Part shown: piece by piece, positions 19,892 to 29,995 of the stretch
Layout: each line of letters starts with the position of its first letter
How positions within the stretch are numbered: position 1 is the first letter of the stretch
Source of the DNA: Flavobacteriales bacterium
GTDB taxonomy: Bacteria > Bacteroidota > Bacteroidia > UBA10329
Direction: 5' to 3'
Assembly (NCBI GenBank): GCA_021741155.1
Contig: JAIOYP010000005.1
Span: 46,668-110,667 of the forward strand
DNA length: 64,000 nt
Notes under the pieces: generated by a model
Told to the model about the DNA's origin: nothing
What the model saw: only the letters and a program-made list of their open reading frames with translations
Database searches by the model: none
Made by a program: the position numbers and the translations under genes

Positions 19892-20036
19892 GTTCTTAGC
19901 TTGCAAGTGATTTGCAAGTAAAAGTAATCTATTTGCAAGTAACTGCATTAAGTCAAATGAAGTTATTTTCTTTGCAAAGTCCAATAAACAAAGGGGTTCG
20001 TGAGGCTTTCAGTTCTGAAAATGTAATTAAAGATTA

Positions 20037-20083
20037 TGACTCATAATCAGGGGGTCGCAGGATCATGCCCTGCTGGGCCCACA
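20037..20083 (+). repeat. att direct repeat (right copy), displaced tRNA 3' half
   Basis: Identical to 11323-11369; followed by terminator aaaaaccatctc...gaggtggttttt. Confidence 0.97.
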
Positions 20084-20245
20084 AAAAACCATCTCAATCG
20101 AGGTGGTTTTTTCGTTTTTAGGACACACCGGAATCTCAGGTCATAGTTTTAGTCAATTTCAACCATGGACGCAACAATTAGTCCTTGCCATTACACACGG
20201 ATTCAAGTTGTTTCCGTTCCTTTATTGCAAAATCAAACAACATCA

Positions 20246-20905
20246 ATGAAAAAACTATTATTCATGCTGACGCTATGCTCAGCAATGGTCAAAGCGCAGA
20301 ATTATGCCCCTGTAGAAGAGCAGGTCGTGCCTATGGATGGCGTGCCAAGAAACAGCCTTACCATTATAATTAAAGATGCTAAAACCGAAGACATTAAAAA
20401 AGCTTGGAAAAAACAACTCAAAGACCTTAAGTGCAAAGTGAGCGACAAGACTTTCATTTTTGGCGATGATTGCAAGGATAAGGAAGTGGGTAGCAACACC
20501 TTTGATATATACTCAGTAGTTGAAGAAGCAACTGATAAGGGGGTAAAGCTTGTGGTTGCATTTGATTTAGGTGGCGCTTACCTAAGCAAGGCCAATCATC
20601 CTGACCAATATCCGATTGCCGAAAAGATTGTTTATGCCTTTGCTGTTGAACAGGCCAGAGAACTTGTTCGGTTGGAGATGGAAGCAACAGGAAAAATTCT
20701 GAGCGGATTTGAAAAAGAACTTGCAGGATTGGAAAAAGACAAGGCTGGGGCTGAATCAAACATTGTCGATTACGAGAAAAAGATTGCTGAATCGAAAACT
20801 GCAATTGAGGTCAATCTTGGAAATCAAGCAAATAAGCTTGTGGAAATAAATACCACCAAAGCCGCTTTGGTTGAACTTGAGGTCCGACTGAATTCAATTA
20901 AATAA
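20246..20905 (+). CDS. Secreted hypothetical protein with C-terminal coiled coil
   Basis: Signal peptide MKKLLFML...AQ; heptad-rich C-terminus. Confidence 0.7.
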   Translation: MKKLLFMLTLCSAMVKAQNYAPVEEQVVPMDGVPRNSLTIIIKDAKTEDIKKAWKKQLKDLKCKVSDKTFIFGDDCKDKEVGSNTFDIYSVVEEATDKGVKLVVAFDLGGAYLSKANHPDQYPIAEKIVYAFAVEQARELVRLEMEATGKILSGFEKELAGLEKDKAGAESNIVDYEKKIAESKTAIEVNLGNQANKLVEINTTKAALVELEVRLNSIK

Positions 20906-20963
20906 TCACTTCCAATTCATTGAAGAAGGCGGCTGATGGTCGCCTTTTTTGTACCTCTGAAGA

Positions 20964-21767
20964 ATGAAATTTCTATCAATTCTATTGGTTTTCTGTGTTC
21001 AGCTTTCCGTTTGCTCTGGGCAAACGGAAAGCCCCTACACCTTTAACTGGAAGCGAGAACTCATTTATGCATCGGGAGCTGGCCTTGTGGCAGGCGGGGG
21101 GCTCCTCACTAGCTTTCAGACACGGCCGCTTACGATTGCTCAAATCAATTCTTTGGATAAGTTTGATATTCCAGGGTTTGACCGCACCGCCACCAAGAAT
21201 TGGAATCCGAAGGCCGACCTCGCCAGCGACATATTGGTTTACGGAAGTGTGACTCTTCCTGCTTTCATGATGATAAACAAGCGGATGCGGAAGGATTTCC
21301 TCGTCATTGGATTCATCTATGCCGAAACAGCCATGCTAACTCTAGGTGTTACCGAACTAACTAAAGGGTTGTCAAAACGAGCTCGACCATTTGTCTACAA
21401 TCTAGATGTAGAAATGAGCGAAAAGACCACAAAAGGGGCGCGCCATTCATTCTTCTCAGGACACACATCTTTAACCACAGCCCTTTGTTTTACTACTGCC
21501 AAAATCTTCTCAGATTACTCAGACAACCGAACTCATAAAGCTTTGGTTTGGACAGGCGCTGTTATTGTTCCTGCAGTTACAAGTATTCTACGTTACGAGG
21601 CGGGACAGCATTTTCCGAGCGATATTATTGCGGGGTATTTTGTAGGAGCAACAATAGGGTACCTGGCGCCCTGGTTACACAAACGGAAACCATTGACAAA
21701 AGGACTGACCATTTCACCGTTTGGGTTAGAAGGTGGCGCAGGTTTGTATCTTAGCTATCAATTATGA
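20964..21767 (+). CDS. PAP2-family phosphatase
   Basis: K...RARP, SFFSGH and R..AGQHFPSD motifs. Confidence 0.9.
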   Translation: MKFLSILLVFCVQLSVCSGQTESPYTFNWKRELIYASGAGLVAGGGLLTSFQTRPLTIAQINSLDKFDIPGFDRTATKNWNPKADLASDILVYGSVTLPAFMMINKRMRKDFLVIGFIYAETAMLTLGVTELTKGLSKRARPFVYNLDVEMSEKTTKGARHSFFSGHTSLTTALCFTTAKIFSDYSDNRTHKALVWTGAVIVPAVTSILRYEAGQHFPSDIIAGYFVGATIGYLAPWLHKRKPLTKGLTISPFGLEGGAGLYLSYQL

Positions 21768-22147
21768 AAACACAAATTTTCTTCTCAATCATAGCCTTGG
21801 TCATGGCGGGTTGCAACTCAGACTCTATAGTTGCAGAGGATTATCGCGATGCATTTGTTGGAACATACATTGGTACTCGAACAAACTCTTCGTGGAGTTT
21901 GAATGGTCCGTCAACCTCTAATGAAATAGCCGATACCATTGAGGTATTTGCCGTGGCGGATTCCATGGTTACTCTTGATGCAACAGAAATCATTATCAGT
22001 ACATATGGCGAGTTCTATGAACAAGGCGGCTCGGGTGCATCGAGCTACTTTTCTGTTCAATTTTTAAACGGAGACAGCCTCATAACCGAAATGAACGGAG
22101 GTGGTCTTGGAGGTGGATATCATTCCACCTTCAAAGGAAAAAAATAA
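21764..22147 (+). CDS. Hypothetical lipoprotein
   Basis: MAGC lipobox; DYRDAFVGTY motif. Confidence 0.75.
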   Translation: MKTQIFFSIIALVMAGCNSDSIVAEDYRDAFVGTYIGTRTNSSWSLNGPSTSNEIADTIEVFAVADSMVTLDATEIIISTYGEFYEQGGSGASSYFSVQFLNGDSLITEMNGGGLGGGYHSTFKGKK

Positions 22148-22152
22148 AAATT

Positions 22153-23067
22153 CTACCTATCGTATTGGCCCAAAAGCTGTAGTAACTCATTCAGCTTCGG
22201 AGATAAAACCAATTCCGTTCTACGGTTGGTGGCCCGGCCTTCTTTGGATGAGTTGGATGCTTTCGGAGAAAACTCGCCTTTACCAGAAGCTGTTAACCGA
22301 GTGGCATCAACCCCATCCACAGTAAGAATACGAACAACAGAAGTTGCTCTCGCAACACTCAAGTCCCAATTGTCTTTAAATCGATTTGTATTGATTGGAA
22401 TGCTGTCCGTATGACCTTCAACTGCCATGTTGATGTCCGAATTCTTGTTCATTACATCAGCAATTTTCTTCACCGCTTCCACTCCTTTCGGTTCCACTGC
22501 ATCGCTTCCAGATTTGAAAAGTAGCTTGTCGCTCATAGACACGTAAACTTTTCCATCACGCATTTCAACGCTCAATTCATCCGAATCAAATCCCATCAAA
22601 GCTTTTTTCACTCGCTCGTTAAGAGCGCTCATCAACTCATCCTGCTTCTTTAGAATTTCCTCCAACGTTTTCAAGCGCTCCTCACGATTTGCCAGTTCCT
22701 TCTCCTTGGCGGCAAGGTCGCTGCTCAAACCCGCTACCTTCGCTCCTGACGAAAGTTTGAGATTGTCAAATGCTTTTTGAGATGATGAAAGTTCTTCCGT
22801 CAGATTCGCGGCCTTCTTTTCGGAGGCACTCAATTCTTCCTTCGTTTTCTTCAGGTCTTTTTCTGTGGTAGCTAAAACGCCTTCTAGGTCTGTTGTTCTA
22901 ACACAAAGAGAATCACGTTCAACTACTGCTTCTTTGAATTTCTTTGATTGAAAGGTTTGTTGAGATTTGGTATATGGTTCGCCACAAGGCTTGACCGATG
23001 CACAAGATGATATCAAACCAGATACAATCAAGACTGCAAGAGAGTATTTAATGGAAATTCGTTTCAT
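22153..23067 (-). CDS. OmpA/MotB-family peptidoglycan-binding lipoprotein with coiled coil
   Basis: VEGHTD, NWDLSVARA and NRRTE motifs. Confidence 0.9.
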   Translation of the reverse strand: MKRISIKYSLAVLIVSGLISSCASVKPCGEPYTKSQQTFQSKKFKEAVVERDSLCVRTTDLEGVLATTEKDLKKTKEELSASEKKAANLTEELSSSQKAFDNLKLSSGAKVAGLSSDLAAKEKELANREERLKTLEEILKKQDELMSALNERVKKALMGFDSDELSVEMRDGKVYVSMSDKLLFKSGSDAVEPKGVEAVKKIADVMNKNSDINMAVEGHTDSIPINTNRFKDNWDLSVARATSVVRILTVDGVDATRLTASGKGEFSPKASNSSKEGRATNRRTELVLSPKLNELLQLLGQYDR

Positions 23068-23269
23068 GAGATAGTATTTATGCTGCTAAATTAGCCTCTG
23101 CACACAGGGTAATTGCTGCATTCTGCGAATGTTATTCACCGTTAAAACTTCATAGTTTCCGTCTGACTCAACGGTCCAACGTATTAATCAATACGCATCT
23201 AGATCATTTTGTATTTTCGTCAGACAACCAACCCCCACGTGGTTCGTTCTTGATTCGAATCTGATTCCT

Positions 23270-26200
23270 ATGTATTTGCTTAAGTCTTTTATCGGAGGAT
23301 TGACCTTGACTTTATTGATTACCGCTTCCGTGTTCGGGCAGGAATGCGGAATCATCTATGTGTCTCCAAGTGGCGCAGGCTCCGGAACAACAGGAACGCG
23401 TGCCAATCCAGCTAGTCTGAGTCACGGGCTTAGTTTGGTAAATGTTACGAATAATGTGCTTTGGCTTGCTGCTGGCTCTTATACAATTACCGATTATTTA
23501 TCTATCCCGAACAACGTTACTATTGAAGGCGGATTTAATGGAGCTTGGATTAAAAGCAATTCAACTCCTTCAATAATCAGTCGTACTGCTGCCAATCCGT
23601 TACCAAATCCAGCAAATGCCCTGGTTGGATTGGCTGGATTGAACGCGTCTGGTTTTCGATTACAAGACCTTACTATCGATGTGGCCGCAGCACCATCAGC
23701 AGGTATTTCTGTTTACGGCATTTATCTAGCTTCTTGTTCCAATTACTCTATTGTTCGCTGCGTTGTGAACACGGGAAATGGTGGAGCTGGGCTAACTGGA
23801 ACTACTGGGGCGCCAGGTGTTGCAGGTGGAAACGGAGCCAATGGCCAGCCAGGAGCCGATGAGCCGAACCTCCCGCAAGGTGGCGCTGGTGGAATTGGAG
23901 CAGCCGGAAACAATGGTGGTAACGGTCAAACTGGAGGTCGACATTCCGGAGGCACAAACCCAGGCCCTGGGCTACCAGGTTCTCCTGCCAATTGCGGAGG
24001 TTCAGGTGGCGCAACGGGCTCGGGACCTCAAAACTCATTTTTCAATCAGACCCCTTCATGCGGCAGCGTCACTTCTGGTCAGAGCGGAACAGCTGGCGGT
24101 GTAGGAATTGCTGGGGCAGCAGGTACAATTGGTGCTCAAGGAACATACATGACAGGCTATTTTGTGCCGGGGCCAGCAGGTGGCAACGGGACTCAAGGTG
24201 GTCCTGGTTGCGGGGGCGGTGGTGGAGGTGGCGGTGGTGGCCGTCAATTAGGGGGTTCAGATAACTATGGTGCAGGAGGTGGTGGCGGTGGTGCTGGAGG
24301 TCAAGGCGGTTTTGGCGGCATTGGTGGCACAGGCGGTGGTGGTTCGTTCGCTGTATTTAGTTGGAACAATGGTGCTGGAGGGAATGTAACCGACTGCGCT
24401 CTTAATCCTGGTGCTGGTGGTCTGGGCGGAGTTGGAGGTGTTGGTGGTGCTGGTGGTACTGGTGGTACTGGTGGTCAAGGAGGTACTGCTGGCGCATGTG
24501 GAAATAGTTTTGGCGGAAACGGTGGAGCTGGAGGTGCTGGTGGGCCGGGTGGTTTGGGCGGATCAGGAGCTACAGGACCAAGTTTACCACTAGCCGAACA
24601 AGGAGGCGGAATCCCGGTTGCTGCTTCGAATATCACTTCTGTTCCGGGCAATCCTCCCGTGATAAATGTTGATAATTATGGATGCACAAACTCTGACATC
24701 TCGTTCTCAGCAACTGGCGGAAACGGAGCTTGGAACTTCGGTACTGGAGCGAACCCTCAGACCGCTAATGGAAACGGACCACATGCAGTTACGTTTCCAA
24801 CTACTGGACGAAGAACCATCACTTACGCAGGAACCACCTTCACCGATTTCATCGGCATTTTTAATAGCGGGCCAACGCTTCCAACAATTTCACCGGCAAA
24901 TCCAACGGTCGATGCGGGTTGTCCAAATCAATTCTCAACCACGTTAGTTGGAAGTCAATATGATTGGGATTTCGGTCCCGTGGCATCACCTCCGACCCAA
25001 TCTGGTCCAGCAGTAACCACAACTTCAGATGTCTATTTCAGCACTCCCGGAACGTATTGGATTAAAGTAACTGTACTTACTGCTTGCTGCGGGCCGGTAA
25101 CGGATTCAACACAAGTAACGGTGCAAGCGAATGTTTATGATATAACGTTGACTGCAAGCGGCACATCTATTTGCGAGGGTGACCCGATTGTTTTCACCGC
25201 TACGCCTCCAACGTATGATAATTACGAATTCTTCATTGATGGCGTTTCCGTTCAGAATGGTGCGCTGCCTGTTTATACAAGTTCAACTATTCAGCAAGGA
25301 GACAGCATTTATGTGGAGGCATTTGTGGGAAGCTGCTTTGCCAATCCAAGCGATACGATTGTCCCTACGGTAAATCCTGTTCCAACGGTAACGCTTACTT
25401 CAAGCGACCCAGACAACGAAATCTGTCAAGGAGAGACAGTCACATTTACGGCCACGCCTGCTGGGTTGGATTCGTATCAGTTCTTCAACGGCTCAACTTC
25501 TATGCAGAATGGTGCGAGCAATATCCTTTTCGGAACCGTTCCGGTCAATAACAGCATAACCGTGGTGGCTACGGATAATGGTTGTTCGAGCCCTCCAAGC
25601 GCAGCCATTGTGACCTTAGTCAACCCGATTCCGTTGGTCACTTTGACCAGTTCTGATGCGGACAATATGATTTGCGATGGTGACAATGTCATCTTTACTG
25701 CCTTGCCACTTGGTCTGGCTGGTTATCAATTCTTTGAAGGTGTGGCGGCCATTCAATCTGGCATTGCTAACGTTTACCAAACAAGCGCATTGGTTTCTGG
25801 TACCAACGTTTTTGTTATTGGAACCAGTCAGGCGGGTTGCGTGGGCGGTCAGAGCAATATCATAACGACTACTGTAAATCCTTATCCAACGGTTACGCTG
25901 AGCAGCTCGGACCCGAACAACGAAATCTGCGAAGGCGAGTCCATCACATTCACGGCCGCCCCATCAGGTCTTAACAGCTACGAATTCTTTGATAGCGCCA
26001 CATCTGTTCAGAATTCGGCTTCCGCAACATGGACCACAACTGGTCTGATTACTGGAAACAGCGTAACCGTTGAGGCAACACATTTTGGCTGTACGAGTGT
26101 TGCGAGTGCAGCTATCACCACCACGCTAATTGCTTCACCTGTTGTTGATCCAGGAGTTGACTTTGAAAACTGCGTTGATGCTACAGATGTTACTCTAACT

Positions 26201-27355
26201 GGGTTTACGCCTGCCGGTGGAACTTGGAGCGGAACAGGAATCACCAATCCAACGGGTGTTTTTTCTCCTAGCGGAGCTGGTGTTGGAACTTTCACTCTGT
26301 CCTACCAAGCTTCGAATGCTAACTGTACAACCACTGAAACAATTACGGCAACCATTCACGCTCTGCCCGTGGTTGATGCGGGAACTTACAGTCCCGTTTG
26401 TTTGGGAGAAACGGTCAATCTCAACGTTACAGGAGCAACAAGCTATGTTTGGACTCCTGCGACAGATTTGAGTAGCACAACCATTGCTAATCCGGTTTCA
26501 ACTCCTACCGCAACCATCAACTACACGGTTGTGGGAACGGATGTGAATGGCTGCGAGAACAGCGATGTCACAACCATCACGGTTGAGCCTGTTCCAACAG
26601 CAAGCTTTACTTCTGGTGATGTTTGTATTGGTGATACAACAGCATTTGTGAATACATCGCAACCAGCGGTTGGAGTTACCTATCAATGGGGTTTTGGAGA
26701 TGGTTCTACATCAACCCAAACCATGCCGACTTATCCTTATCAGGCGGCAGGAACTTACACTGCACAACTGACCGTAACGTGGGGAAATTGTAGCAATTCA
26801 ACTACGGAAGATGTGATTGTCAATGCTCGTCCGCAAGCGTCTTTTATTGCTACTCCCGACTATACAACCGCCATCGAACCGCTTATCAATTTCGAAGACC
26901 TTTCAATTTCCGCTGTTGCTTGGGAATGGGATTTTGGCGATTTTACTCCTTTTTCTGATGAGGAAAACCCATCACATGCCTATTCGGATACGGGAATGCA
27001 CGTCATCACATTGGTCACGTTCAATCAGTTTGGTTGTACTGACACTATTCTTGATTCGGTTTTCATCGCGCCCGCGACCACATTGTATGTTCCATCTGCA
27101 TTTACGCCTGATGCCGACCGCATTAACGATAGCTTCAAAGCTTATGGAGAAGACATTTTTTGGCTTGATTTCCGGGTTTTTGACCGTTGGGGGAAACAAC
27201 TTTTCTTCACCGATGATATTCTCGTTGGTTGGGATGGAACGGACAGCAAAACGAAGAAAGACGTGAAACCTGGTGTCTATGTTTACCAAGTACTCTACGA
27301 GGATTTCCGAGGACGAAGGAAGAAAAAGCTAGGTTCGGTTTCCCTTATCCGTTAA
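23270..27355 (+). CDS. Large Gly-rich, PKD/Ig-repeat surface protein with gliding-motility-associated (type B T9SS) CTD
   Basis: Gly-rich tract; repeated TLTSSDPDNEIC units; W.FGD PKD motifs; YVPSAFTP...FDRWG...WDG C-terminus. Confidence 0.9.
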   Translation: MYLLKSFIGGLTLTLLITASVFGQECGIIYVSPSGAGSGTTGTRANPASLSHGLSLVNVTNNVLWLAAGSYTITDYLSIPNNVTIEGGFNGAWIKSNSTPSIISRTAANPLPNPANALVGLAGLNASGFRLQDLTIDVAAAPSAGISVYGIYLASCSNYSIVRCVVNTGNGGAGLTGTTGAPGVAGGNGANGQPGADEPNLPQGGAGGIGAAGNNGGNGQTGGRHSGGTNPGPGLPGSPANCGGSGGATGSGPQNSFFNQTPSCGSVTSGQSGTAGGVGIAGAAGTIGAQGTYMTGYFVPGPAGGNGTQGGPGCGGGGGGGGGGRQLGGSDNYGAGGGGGGAGGQGGFGGIGGTGGGGSFAVFSWNNGAGGNVTDCALNPGAGGLGGVGGVGGAGGTGGTGGQGGTAGACGNSFGGNGGAGGAGGPGGLGGSGATGPSLPLAEQGGGIPVAASNITSVPGNPPVINVDNYGCTNSDISFSATGGNGAWNFGTGANPQTANGNGPHAVTFPTTGRRTITYAGTTFTDFIGIFNSGPTLPTISPANPTVDAGCPNQFSTTLVGSQYDWDFGPVASPPTQSGPAVTTTSDVYFSTPGTYWIKVTVLTACCGPVTDSTQVTVQANVYDITLTASGTSICEGDPIVFTATPPTYDNYEFFIDGVSVQNGALPVYTSSTIQQGDSIYVEAFVGSCFANPSDTIVPTVNPVPTVTLTSSDPDNEICQGETVTFTATPAGLDSYQFFNGSTSMQNGASNILFGTVPVNNSITVVATDNGCSSPPSAAIVTLVNPIPLVTLTSSDADNMICDGDNVIFTALPLGLAGYQFFEGVAAIQSGIANVYQTSALVSGTNVFVIGTSQAGCVGGQSNIITTTVNPYPTVTLSSSDPNNEICEGESITFTAAPSGLNSYEFFDSATSVQNSASATWTTTGLITGNSVTVEATHFGCTSVASAAITTTLIASPVVDPGVDFENCVDATDVTLTGFTPAGGTWSGTGITNPTGVFSPSGAGVGTFTLSYQASNANCTTTETITATIHALPVVDAGTYSPVCLGETVNLNVTGATSYVWTPATDLSSTTIANPVSTPTATINYTVVGTDVNGCENSDVTTITVEPVPTASFTSGDVCIGDTTAFVNTSQPAVGVTYQWGFGDGSTSTQTMPTYPYQAAGTYTAQLTVTWGNCSNSTTEDVIVNARPQASFIATPDYTTAIEPLINFEDLSISAVAWEWDFGDFTPFSDEENPSHAYSDTGMHVITLVTFNQFGCTDTILDSVFIAPATTLYVPSAFTPDADRINDSFKAYGEDIFWLDFRVFDRWGKQLFFTDDILVGWDGTDSKTKKDVKPGVYVYQVLYEDFRGRRKKKLGSVSLIR

Positions 27356-27426
27356 GGTTCTTCAAAAACTGTGTCAGACTATTTTAGGCGTAAACATCGA
27401 GCGAGAAAGCGTTCGGGGCTTTCTTT

Positions 27427-28041
27427 TTAGAGGAGTATTACCGATCCTGTCAGAATCAGAGTTCCAAGAACAAAGCCAACATACACTTGTAGCGGTGTGT
27501 GGGCATCTAGTTTCAATCTAGAATAACCCACAATTCCACTTACGACCACCAGCGCCATAATTAGCTCGGTAGCATTTACTTGATAACGAAGTGCTAAGCC
27601 CAAGATAGTACCAACAATACCGCCCATTCCGAGCATGTGAATACTCACTTTCCATTTGAGGTTGATAACGAAAGCCACCGCCACCGAAAAAGCTGCCCCC
27701 AAAATCAAATTGGGGAACAGACTTGGCATTGGCGCTTTACTGAACATGTAAAACGTGCTCATATGGAACACAATCGTAGTCAGAAAAGGCAACGAACGCT
27801 CCTTGGCTGTGTGCATATGAAAACTATCAATAAGCTTGGTGCGATAGAAATAATAGAACACCCCAATAGGTAAAATAATGGTGTTGAGAAACGTGATGAG
27901 AAAAATGAATTTCCTGACTTCTGGCTGCACACCGTACGTGATAAAGGTTTCGGCATGAAACAAAATAATCAACGAATAAAGAGGAACGAATATGGGCTGA
28001 AAAATGACTGAAATGGCCGTGGCAAACTTTTTCTCCATCAC
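27427..28041 (-). CDS. Membrane protein, PAP2-like
   Basis: Multiple transmembrane segments; KVSIHM and SRLKLDAHT motifs. Confidence 0.75.
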   Translation of the reverse strand: MMEKKFATAISVIFQPIFVPLYSLIILFHAETFITYGVQPEVRKFIFLITFLNTIILPIGVFYYFYRTKLIDSFHMHTAKERSLPFLTTIVFHMSTFYMFSKAPMPSLFPNLILGAAFSVAVAFVINLKWKVSIHMLGMGGIVGTILGLALRYQVNATELIMALVVVSGIVGYSRLKLDAHTPLQVYVGFVLGTLILTGSVILL

Positions 28042-28844
28042 AACTTCAATTCAAATTCGTCTGCATCGTCCAACGGTCTAAACTTGGCGCAAAAGTCGTC
28101 CAATTCTGCTTTAGAAAGCGTTACTGTTTCAATCGCTTCTTCACCTTCGACAAACGAACACAAAATTTCACCTTTCGGACTTACAACCAACGAACTTCCA
28201 TCATATTCCATTCCTTTTCCGTCTGCTCCAACGCGATTCACGCCAACCACATAGCATTGGTTTTCGTGTGCACGAGCCACGATCAAACTTCGCCAAGCAG
28301 ACGAACGCGCAGCTGGCCAATTCGCCACATAAACCAATACATCATATCGGTCTGATTTCAGGTTTCTACTGAAAACTGGAAACCGTAGATCGTAGCACAC
28401 TTGAGGCATGATTTTCCAGCCGTCTTTTTCGATGATTCTGCGTGCAGAACCAGCGGTAAAAAACTTGTCTTCGTCTGCAAAACTGAAACGATGCCGCTTG
28501 TCATACCACGTAAAACTTCGGTCCGGATTTGCCCAAAGCATTCTGTTGAAGAATTTTCCGCCTGAGCCACCCGTGGCGCACTCTTCTCGAATAATCGCGC
28601 TTCCAGTTATTGTTGCTCCCAGTTCAGCAGAAAGATTCCGAATCCAAGAAACGGTTGGACCGTCCATCGATTCGGACAATTCACGCACATTCATGGTAAA
28701 ACCTGTGGTGAACATCTCAGGCAAAACAATCAGGTCTGTCTTTCCTTTTAGCGGTCGGAGTTTGTCTTCCCAGAATTTGAGGTTCGCGGTTTTGTCTTCC
28801 CAAACAAGGGGCTGCTGACAAACAGTAACACGCAAATCGCTCAT
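28038..28844 (-). CDS. Nitrilase-family omega-amidase (YafV-like)
   Basis: LPEMFTTGF, YDKRH, CYDLRFP and ANWP motifs; adjacent to a YbdL-like aminotransferase. Confidence 0.9.
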   Translation of the reverse strand: MSDLRVTVCQQPLVWEDKTANLKFWEDKLRPLKGKTDLIVLPEMFTTGFTMNVRELSESMDGPTVSWIRNLSAELGATITGSAIIREECATGGSGGKFFNRMLWANPDRSFTWYDKRHRFSFADEDKFFTAGSARRIIEKDGWKIMPQVCYDLRFPVFSRNLKSDRYDVLVYVANWPAARSSAWRSLIVARAHENQCYVVGVNRVGADGKGMEYDGSSLVVSPKGEILCSFVEGEEAIETVTLSKAELDDFCAKFRPLDDADEFELKL

Positions 28845-29995
28845 AATTTCATGAGTTTTTCGGCTGCTTTCTCGAGCGTTTCATCCTCCTTCGCGAAGCA
28901 GAAACGGAGAAATTTATCTTCGTTTTTCTCATGATAAAAGACCGAAACTGGAATGGAAGCCACACCCACTTCTTTGGTTAATCGGATAGCGTAATCTGTG
29001 TCTTTTTCGTCCGAAATGGCCGAGTAATCAAGCAATTGGAAATACGTCCCTTCGCTTGCCCTAATTTTGAAATTGGAGCCTTGAAGTAAACGATTGAATG
29101 TGTCTCGCTTTTCTTGATAGAAAGCTCCGAGTTCGAGGTAATGTTCTTTATCGTTTAAGAATTCGGCCAAGGCATGTTGTGCAGGCGTATTCACAGAAAA
29201 CACATTAAACTGATGCACTTTTCGGAACTCTTTCATCAAATTGGCTGGAGCCATCACATGACCCATTTTCCAACCTGTGTTATGGTATGTTTTTCCAAAG
29301 GATGAAACGATGATGGAGCGCTCGGCCAACTTTGGAAATCTGGCCACACTTTGATGCTCGAATCCATCGAAAATGATGTGCTCATACACCTCATCACTTA
29401 AAATAATGATGTCGGTACCATCGGTTAGCTTTTGAAGCTTGGCCATGTCTTGCGCGTTCATCACTCGGCCCGATGGATTGTGAGGTGTGTTGATGATAAT
29501 CATCCGCGTACGCTGATTAATCAATCGCTTCACTTTTTCCCAATCAATGAGTTCTCCCGAAAGATTCATTTGAACATAAGCTGGTGTTCCTCCATGAATT
29601 TGGATGGCAGGAACGTAGCAATCATAAGCTGGTTCAAAAATGATGACTTCATCGCCTTCGGTCACAAAAGCTGAAATGGCGGTATAAATAGCTTGAGTAC
29701 CGCCAGCGGTGATGGTAATTTCAGTCTCAGAATCATATTTGGCTGAGTAAAGCTCCTCTACCTTTTCGGCCAGTTTTTCGCGCAAACCAAGCACGCCTTG
29801 CATGGGCGAATACTGATTGAAACCACGATTCATGAAGGAATGTGTAAGTTCAACCAACCGGCTGGGAATACTAAAATCGGGAAAGCCTTGTGAGAGATTG
29901 ACTGCGCCATGTTCACGCGCCAAACCACTCATTACCGTAAAAATGGTGGTGCCTTGCTTGGGCAATTTAGAACGGAGTACGCCAGGGAATTTCAT
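28841..29995 (-). CDS. ybdL: PLP-dependent methionine aminotransferase (YbdL-like)
   Basis: SKLP..GTTIFTVMS, NLSQGFPDF, SDEVYEH and SFGKTYH motifs. Confidence 0.88.
   Translation of the reverse strand: MKFPGVLRSKLPKQGTTIFTVMSGLAREHGAVNLSQGFPDFSIPSRLVELTHSFMNRGFNQYSPMQGVLGLREKLAEKVEELYSAKYDSETEITITAGGTQAIYTAISAFVTEGDEVIIFEPAYDCYVPAIQIHGGTPAYVQMNLSGELIDWEKVKRLINQRTRMIIINTPHNPSGRVMNAQDMAKLQKLTDGTDIIILSDEVYEHIIFDGFEHQSVARFPKLAERSIIVSSFGKTYHNTGWKMGHVMAPANLMKEFRKVHQFNVFSVNTPAQHALAEFLNDKEHYLELGAFYQEKRDTFNRLLQGSNFKIRASEGTYFQLLDYSAISDEKDTDYAIRLTKEVGVASIPVSVFYHEKNEDKFLRFCFAKEDETLEKAAEKLMKL

Larger units (their letters stand above)
11323..20083. mobile_element. ~8.7-kb integrative element inserted in the tRNA(CAT) gene
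   Basis: 47-bp att duplication; tyrosine integrase next to the right att; excisionase, Rep-like and ORF6N genes; TTGCAAG repeats at both ends. Confidence 0.93.

Noticed and set aside
19892-19984. N-terminal extension of the integrase given by the ORF track
   Set aside because: It overlaps the TTGCAAG repeats and yields repetitive LAN peptides; the ATG at 19891 fits the arm-domain start.
11323-20083. Complete prophage, inovirus or ICE
   Set aside because: No capsid, terminase, Zot-like ATPase, coupling protein or T4SS genes were recognised.
20037-20083. Second tRNA gene
   Set aside because: Only the 3' part is present (no 5' acceptor strand or D-arm); it is the att duplicate.
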